Positions 58,900 through 64,000 of a stretch of DNA of 64,000 nucleotides are shown here, piece after piece. Numbering within the stretch: position 1 is the stretch's first letter; each line of letters starts with the position of its first letter. The position numbers were made by a program, and so were the translations under genes. This stretch comes from an uncultured Gammaproteobacteria bacterium (lineage in GTDB: Bacteria; Patescibacteriota; Patescibacteriia; CAZSQN01). The notes below the pieces were generated by a model. It was not told the origin of the DNA and made no database searches. It worked only from the letters and a program-made list of their open reading frames with translations. The stretch spans positions 12,633 through 76,632 of the forward strand of contig CAZSQN010000002.1 of assembly GCA_964609095.1 (NCBI GenBank), in the 5' to 3' direction.

Positions 58900-59628
58900 T
58901 TACATCTTGACCACTTCCGCGCACCGCCCGCCAGCGCAGTCATATGGGTACGCGAGAGCATCGTCATCCCACCTGCCCACGCAGACCCTGCCAATGGACT
59001 CGTTCGCACGCAAGGCGCCAGGCCCGAAACGGGTGCGGAGCCAAGACCAAGTTCTATTATCAAGCATGACGCTGGTTGCGGCTTTGTGAACCCACCAGAC
59101 AAGCGCATACTCTTCCAGCGAAAGCAAGTTCAATCTTTGCTCTTTGGTGAGTTTATTCCAGCTCGTGCCCAAGCGAGGACACTCTTGGGCAACTTCGGCC
59201 CAGAACCAGTAACCGGTTTGGGCTGGTTCCCAGACGATTTTCTTCCTGTCGCTCTCGTCCACGACAGTCCAGTGTTCGTCCTGGCCAACGGCCTTCATCA
59301 AGGCCTCGTAGGAGACCTCTGAGGTTGGAGGGCGATAGAACAGGTCTTGATTCATGGCCTGGCGCCTCTTGTACTCTTCATCTGGAACAGGAGGAACTGG
59401 TATTTGAAGGGAAAAACCAAGCTTGTAGTACCAGTCCATGAACCAGTTGCGGCGATTCGTGGCAAAGTCGCCGGAGGCAAAGGTTTTTGCGCCTTCCTGC
59501 TCCCTGCTCTTTGAGAGGTTCAAAACCGCTTCCTGGATCTGCTCGGCCGTTAGACCAAGCGAGATACCGAATTGCACCAGCTGAACAGGGGTGAGAGGAA
59601 CTGCCGCGGGGGTACGATATGCGGACAT
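58900..59628 (-). CDS. DGR target protein with C-terminal variable region (probable C-type lectin fold)
   Basis: VR covers nearly all of the last ~43 codons; SD AAGGAG; no signal peptide or TM seen. Confidence 0.93.
   Translation of the reverse strand: MSAYRTPAAVPLTPVQLVQFGISLGLTAEQIQEAVLNLSKSREQEGAKTFASGDFATNRRNWFMDWYYKLGFSLQIPVPPVPDEEYKRRQAMNQDLFYRPPTSEVSYEALMKAVGQDEHWTVVDESDRKKIVWEPAQTGYWFWAEVAQECPRLGTSWNKLTKEQRLNLLSLEEYALVWWVHKAATSVMLDNRTWSWLRTRFGPGALRANESIGRVCVGRWDDDALAYPYDCAGGRCAEVVKM
58914..59031 (-). repeat. DGR variable repeat (VR)
   Basis: A-to-N copy of TR (9 A>G, 5 A>T, 4 A>C); ends in GC-rich GGCGGGCGGTGCGCGG. Confidence 0.97.
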
Positions 59629-59721
59629 GATTTGCGCTCCTTTCTTTGAGCTTGATTGTTTCTAGGAACAAATCCCGTAGAATCACGGGAGATTTTATAA
59701 TACCTGAATCTAAGGAAAATG

Positions 59722-60831
59722 TCAATGGCCCCCCTTTTTTGAAAATTGGATGCAAAAATCCGCCAGCCGATGAGCCGCGTCCCGCGGAAAAATTTTTTTG
59801 ATATTTTCCCGCAATTCCGCCATTAGTTTTTTATCTTCAAAAAGATTCTTAAGCAAAGGAATTGTTTTAGCGCCAAGCTCGGCCTGTTTTAAAACCAAAA
59901 CCGCCTTTTTTTCTTCAAGATATTTGGCGTTAACTTCTTGGTGGGTTTCGGGGATCGGCGCCAAAACGGCCGGAAGCCCTAATTCCGACAATTCTGAAAT
60001 AACGCCCATGCCGGCGCGGGAGACAACCAAATCCGCGGCCCTGTACGCCAAACCCATATTAACGCCGGAAAGAAATTCAAACGCCCTGTAATCTTCCTCC
60101 CGCGTCCGCGGGGCCTTTTCCGCTTCCCCTTTTCCGATACCGGTCAAATGCAATACCTGAAAATATTTTTTTAGTTCTTCTTTGCCGGCAAAGACAAAAT
60201 CATTAAGCGCGGCCGCGCCGGTGCCGCCGCCCAAAACCAAAAGAACCGGTTTCTCCATCTTGAATCCGAAAAAATCTTTGGCGGATTGAGCGTCTATTTT
60301 CGCGGCTTCCCGGATTTCGGCCCTGACAGGATTGCCCACGCACCTTGTTTTGGGATGAGGAAAACTTTGAGCCGTTTCATAAAAAGCCGTTGTCACCATT
60401 CTGGAAGCCGGCGCCATAAGCAGATTAGCAAGACCGGCCGCCCTGTCTTCCTGGTGGATAATTATCGGCACGGCAAGCAGCCACGCCGCCCAAGCAAGAG
60501 GCACGGATACAAATCCGCCGGCAGAAATAAAAATTGTCGGACGGAACCGTAAAATTATTATCAGGCCCTGGATAAATCCCAAAAAAAGAAAGAACGGCAT
60601 AAACAAATTGCGGACATCCATCGCCCGCCGCAGTTTCGCGCTTGCAATTGCCCTATAGGGAATGCCGTAAAAGGCAATAACATTTTTCTCCGGTCCGCGC
60701 CTCGTGCCGACCCATAAGCGGACCAGCTTAAAACCGCCTCTGACGGAGGCGCTCTCTAATTCCTGATTAACGGCAAGCAAGGGCGTTACCGGCCCCAAAG
60801 TTCCTCCGCCTGAAAAAATTATGCGCATCAT
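59722..60831 (-). CDS. murG: undecaprenyl-PP-MurNAc-pentapeptide GlcNAc transferase
   Basis: GGGTLG, GGFVSVP, GNPVR, GGGTGA, SRAG, HQE.NA. Confidence 0.95.
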   Translation of the reverse strand: MMRIIFSGGGTLGPVTPLLAVNQELESASVRGGFKLVRLWVGTRRGPEKNVIAFYGIPYRAIASAKLRRAMDVRNLFMPFFLFLGFIQGLIIILRFRPTIFISAGGFVSVPLAWAAWLLAVPIIIHQEDRAAGLANLLMAPASRMVTTAFYETAQSFPHPKTRCVGNPVRAEIREAAKIDAQSAKDFFGFKMEKPVLLVLGGGTGAAALNDFVFAGKEELKKYFQVLHLTGIGKGEAEKAPRTREEDYRAFEFLSGVNMGLAYRAADLVVSRAGMGVISELSELGLPAVLAPIPETHQEVNAKYLEEKKAVLVLKQAELGAKTIPLLKNLFEDKKLMAELRENIKKIFPRDAAHRLADFCIQFSKKGGH

Positions 60832-60832
60832 A

Positions 60833-60905
60833 AAGGGTTTAGGGTATAGGGTTTAGGGTATAGGGTTATAAAAAACTATATCCCATACCCTATCCTCTAT
60901 ACCCT
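60833..60905. repeat. heptamer-periodic inverted repeat (AGGGT(T/A)T)n
   Basis: Five AGGGTWT-like units then ATACCCT-like arm overlapping the ftsW stop. Confidence 0.75.
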
Positions 60906-62021
60906 TTGTTTTATTGCTTGTCTTGACACATTCGCCACCACTCCTACTGCCGCCAAAGACACGGCCAAAGAAGTTCCGCCATAGCTTATAAAAGGCAGGG
61001 TTACTCCGGTAAGCGGCAAAAGCCCCAGCATCGCGCCCATATTAACAACTGACTGGACGGCAAACCAGGAAATGATGCCAATAACCGTAAGCCGTCCAAA
61101 TGGATCGGGCGCGGAGCTTGCCGCGGCCAACCCGCGGAAAAAAATAGCAAGCAGCAGGACAAAAAACGCGAGCGTAAAAATAAATCCCAATTCTTCGGCC
61201 ATCACGGCAAAAATGGAATCGCTGGCCGCTTCCGGCAAATGCAGAAGTTTTTGCTTTGAGCCGCCAAGTCCGGCTCCAAAAATCCCTCCGGAGCCAATGG
61301 CTAAAAACGCCTGACTTATCTGATAGCCAATGCCTTGCGGATCAAAATCGGGATTCAAAAAGGTTAAAAAGCGCGCCGCCCTGTAGGGAGAAAACTTTAT
61401 TAAAAAGAAAAAAAGCCCGCTTCCGGCGGCGATTATCCCCGCCAGATACGCAAGCGGCGCTCCGGCCATAAAATAAACAATGACGGCTGTCGCCGCGATA
61501 ATGGACATCGTGCCCGTGTCCGGCTGAAGCATCAAGAGCCCGGCTATCGCTCCCAATACGGTTAAAAACGGCAAAAGCCCGGTATGTAAATCTTTTACTC
61601 CTATATGCCCGCGGTCTTCAAGCCAGGCGGCAAGATAAAACAAAAACGTAAGTTTGACAATCTCCGCCGGCTGAAGAGAAAAATTGCCGAGCTGTATCCA
61701 GCTTTTGCTCGTGCCCCAATTGGCGGCCAGCCCTGGCAGAAAAACCAAAATCAGCAAACCGATGGAAACCAAAAGAAGCGGGAATGCTTTGGCGCGGAAA
61801 TAATGATAATCAACGCGCGAAAAAATTAAAAATAAGATAAGTCCGGGCAAAAGGCCGTAAAAAATCTGATGCTTGAGATAAAAAAACATATCGCCGTGCT
61901 TAGCGTAGCCAAGCGGCGCCGAGGCGGATTCCAGCATAGCCAAGCCGAATAAAACAAGCATCCCGACCAAAATTAAAAAAATTTTATCCGGCTGATTAGA
62001 ACGAAAAATATTCCGTTTCAT
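60897..62021 (-). CDS. ftsW: SEDS peptidoglycan polymerase FtsW
   Basis: LQPAEIVK, QPDTGT, LPE..SD.IF...EELG, TGVTLPFISYGG; upstream of murG. Confidence 0.93.
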   Translation of the reverse strand: MKRNIFRSNQPDKIFLILVGMLVLFGLAMLESASAPLGYAKHGDMFFYLKHQIFYGLLPGLILFLIFSRVDYHYFRAKAFPLLLVSIGLLILVFLPGLAANWGTSKSWIQLGNFSLQPAEIVKLTFLFYLAAWLEDRGHIGVKDLHTGLLPFLTVLGAIAGLLMLQPDTGTMSIIAATAVIVYFMAGAPLAYLAGIIAAGSGLFFFLIKFSPYRAARFLTFLNPDFDPQGIGYQISQAFLAIGSGGIFGAGLGGSKQKLLHLPEAASDSIFAVMAEELGFIFTLAFFVLLLAIFFRGLAAASSAPDPFGRLTVIGIISWFAVQSVVNMGAMLGLLPLTGVTLPFISYGGTSLAVSLAAVGVVANVSRQAIKQRV

Positions 62022-62067
62022 AAAAAATAAGACCTATAAGGCCTATAGGTCTCATAGGTCTTATTTT

Positions 62068-64000
62068 TTATTTCCTCAAAGCAATCTTTAAAACATCGTC
62101 CATCGTTTCCGCAAAATGAAATTTTATTTCATGGCGCACATTTGCCGGCACGTCAACCAAATCCTTTTCATTGTCCTTGGGCAGAATAACAGTCCGTACT
62201 CCGGCCCGATGCGCCGCCAGTACCTTTTCTTTGACTCCGCCGATCTCCATTACCCGTCCTCTTAGCGTCACTTCTCCCGTCATGGCCACATCTTTCCTCA
62301 CCGGACGTTTGGTTAAAAGCGAGACCAAGGTTGTAGCCATAGCCACTCCGGCTGACGGCCCGTCTTTGGGAATGGCGCCCTGCGGCACATGCACATGAAT
62401 ATCTGATTCTTTGTAAAAAGCGTCTTTTATCTTAAATTCTTTGGCGCGGCTCCGAGCGTAAGAAAACGCGGCCTGCGCGCTCTCCTGCATCACTTGCCCC
62501 AGTTGTCCGGTCAAAATAAGCCGTCCGCTTCCAGGCATTTTTGTTGACTCTATAAACAAAATCTCGCCGCCGGCTTGCGTCCAGGCAAGCCCGGTCACTA
62601 GTCCCACTTCATCTTGTTTTTCCGCTTCCATCAAATGAAATCTCACCGGCCCGAGATATTTTTCCACGTCGCTCGCGCCAACCGTCAATGATTTTTTCTC
62701 TCCCTCCGCCACCAGCTTGGCAAACTTGCGGCAAATGGCAGCCAATTCGCGCTCCAAATTCCTGACTCCGGCTTCGCGCGTAAATTCGCGGATAACCTTT
62801 CTCGATGCCGGTTCCGTAATGGCGAGCTGTTTCTCCGTAATGCCGTGATTTTTAAGCTGCTTGGGAATAAGATATTTAGCCGCGATATGAAACTTTTCAT
62901 CCTCCGTGTAACCGGGAAACTCTATCACCTCAAGCCGGTCGCGCAAAGGCCCGGGAATAGTGTCAAGCAAATTGGCCGTAACTATAAACATCACGTCCGA
63001 AAGGTCAAACGGCACCTCTATATAATGGTCGCCAAAAGCGTTATTTTGCTCCGGGTCCAGAGCTTCCAAAAGCGCGGACGAGGGGTCTCCACGCAAAGCA
63101 TCAGAGCCCAACTTGTCTATTTCATCCAGCATAAAAACCGGATTGCGGCTGCCGGCCGTCTGAATCCCCTGAATGATGCGGCCGGGAAGCGCGCCCACAT
63201 AAGTGCGGCGAAAACCGCGGATTTCCGCTTCGTCGCGCACGCCGCCCAAACTCATGCGCACAAACTTCCTGCCCAAAGAACGGGCGATTGATTTGCCGAT
63301 AGAGGTCTTGCCCACTCCGGGCGGGCCGACAAAACACAAAATCGGACCTTTGATTTTGCCCACCAGCTTTTGCACCGCCAGATATTCCAGAATCCGTTCT
63401 TTTACTTTTTCCAGACCGTAGTGGTCTTCGTCAAGAATATCAGCCGCCTTCTTTACGTCTATTGCGCTTTTATCCGCCTTTGACCAGGGCAAAGTAATAA
63501 GCCAGTCCAGATAAGTACGGACATAAGAAATTTCCGGAGAAAAAGAAGGCATGCCCTGCATGCGCGCGAGCTCTTTAAGAGCGACTTGTTTTACGTTTTC
63601 CGGCATGCCGGCGGCCTCCACCTTTTCGCGCAAATCCTCGGCTTCTGATTTTCCGGAAATCATTCCCAATTCTTTTTCAATCGTCTTAAGCTGTTCGCGC
63701 AAGACCATTTCTTTTTCCATTTTCTGCAATTCCTTGCCGGTGTCCGACTGAATTTTCTTGGCCATGCGCAGGACATTAATCTGGCGATTAAGAGCGTTCC
63801 CGACTTTTTGCAGTTTCTCTTCAACCGTTTCAGCTTCCAGTATCATTTGCTTTTCGTCTATCCGGAAATCAATATTAAGAGCCATAAGATCGCCGAGCTG
63901 CCAGGGGTCGGTCAAATTCATAACCACCAGCAGAACGTCAAACGGCACCGAAGCGCCCATATTCACGACCTCCTTAAACAGATTTACCGCGGAATACATC
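62068..64000 (-). CDS. lon: Lon protease (5' end outside window)
   Basis: GPPGVGKTS, LDEIDK, PKDGPSAG, IGGVKEK. Confidence 0.97.
   Translation of the reverse strand, partial: MYSAVNLFKEVVNMGASVPFDVLLVVMNLTDPWQLGDLMALNIDFRIDEKQMILEAETVEEKLQKVGNALNRQINVLRMAKKIQSDTGKELQKMEKEMVLREQLKTIEKELGMISGKSEAEDLREKVEAAGMPENVKQVALKELARMQGMPSFSPEISYVRTYLDWLITLPWSKADKSAIDVKKAADILDEDHYGLEKVKERILEYLAVQKLVGKIKGPILCFVGPPGVGKTSIGKSIARSLGRKFVRMSLGGVRDEAEIRGFRRTYVGALPGRIIQGIQTAGSRNPVFMLDEIDKLGSDALRGDPSSALLEALDPEQNNAFGDHYIEVPFDLSDVMFIVTANLLDTIPGPLRDRLEVIEFPGYTEDEKFHIAAKYLIPKQLKNHGITEKQLAITEPASRKVIREFTREAGVRNLERELAAICRKFAKLVAEGEKKSLTVGASDVEKYLGPVRFHLMEAEKQDEVGLVTGLAWTQAGGEILFIESTKMPGSGRLILTGQLGQVMQESAQAAFSYARSRAKEFKIKDAFYKESDIHVHVPQGAIPKDGPSAGVAMATTLVSLLTKRPVRKDVAMTGEVTLRGRVMEIGGVKEKVLAAHRAGVRTVILPKDNEKDLVDVPANVRHEIKFHFAETMDDVLKIALRK

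Overview
Bacterial chromosome segment, most likely Patescibacteria/CPR (inferred from gene content and dense packing). The genetic code is standard: glyA, rsmH and uvrB end in TGA. The backbone is housekeeping genes: glyA, folD, dnaB, recR, rplU, mraZ-rsmH, uvrABC, ftsH, greA, msrAB, ftsEX, murDEG, ftsW, lon and 4 tRNAs. Accessory surface-protein paralogues are interspersed (Cys-rich vWA lipoproteins, PPC-like membrane proteins, CLec-like lipoproteins). The clearest system is a complete diversity-generating retroelement (DGR) at 56.9-59.6 kb: RT, avd, and a 118-bp TR/VR pair with 18/18 mismatches at TR adenines. It has odd features: avd is antisense to and overlaps the RT 5' end across a C9/G9 tract, the TR has a TGA in the target frame, and the RT motif is FCDD. 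Other unexplained structure: (i) a ~30-bp dif-like palindromic site separating accessory genes at 35-37 kb; (ii) one ~78-bp element behind two different tRNAs, each with a duplicated tRNA 3' end; (iii) a GxxExxY gene with periodic repeat arms plus gene-less copies of those arms; (iv) heptamer-periodic and hairpin micro-insertions, many in frame inside core genes; (v) a boxA-like motif in at least 8 gene leaders. All alignments and counts were done by eye; no searches were run.
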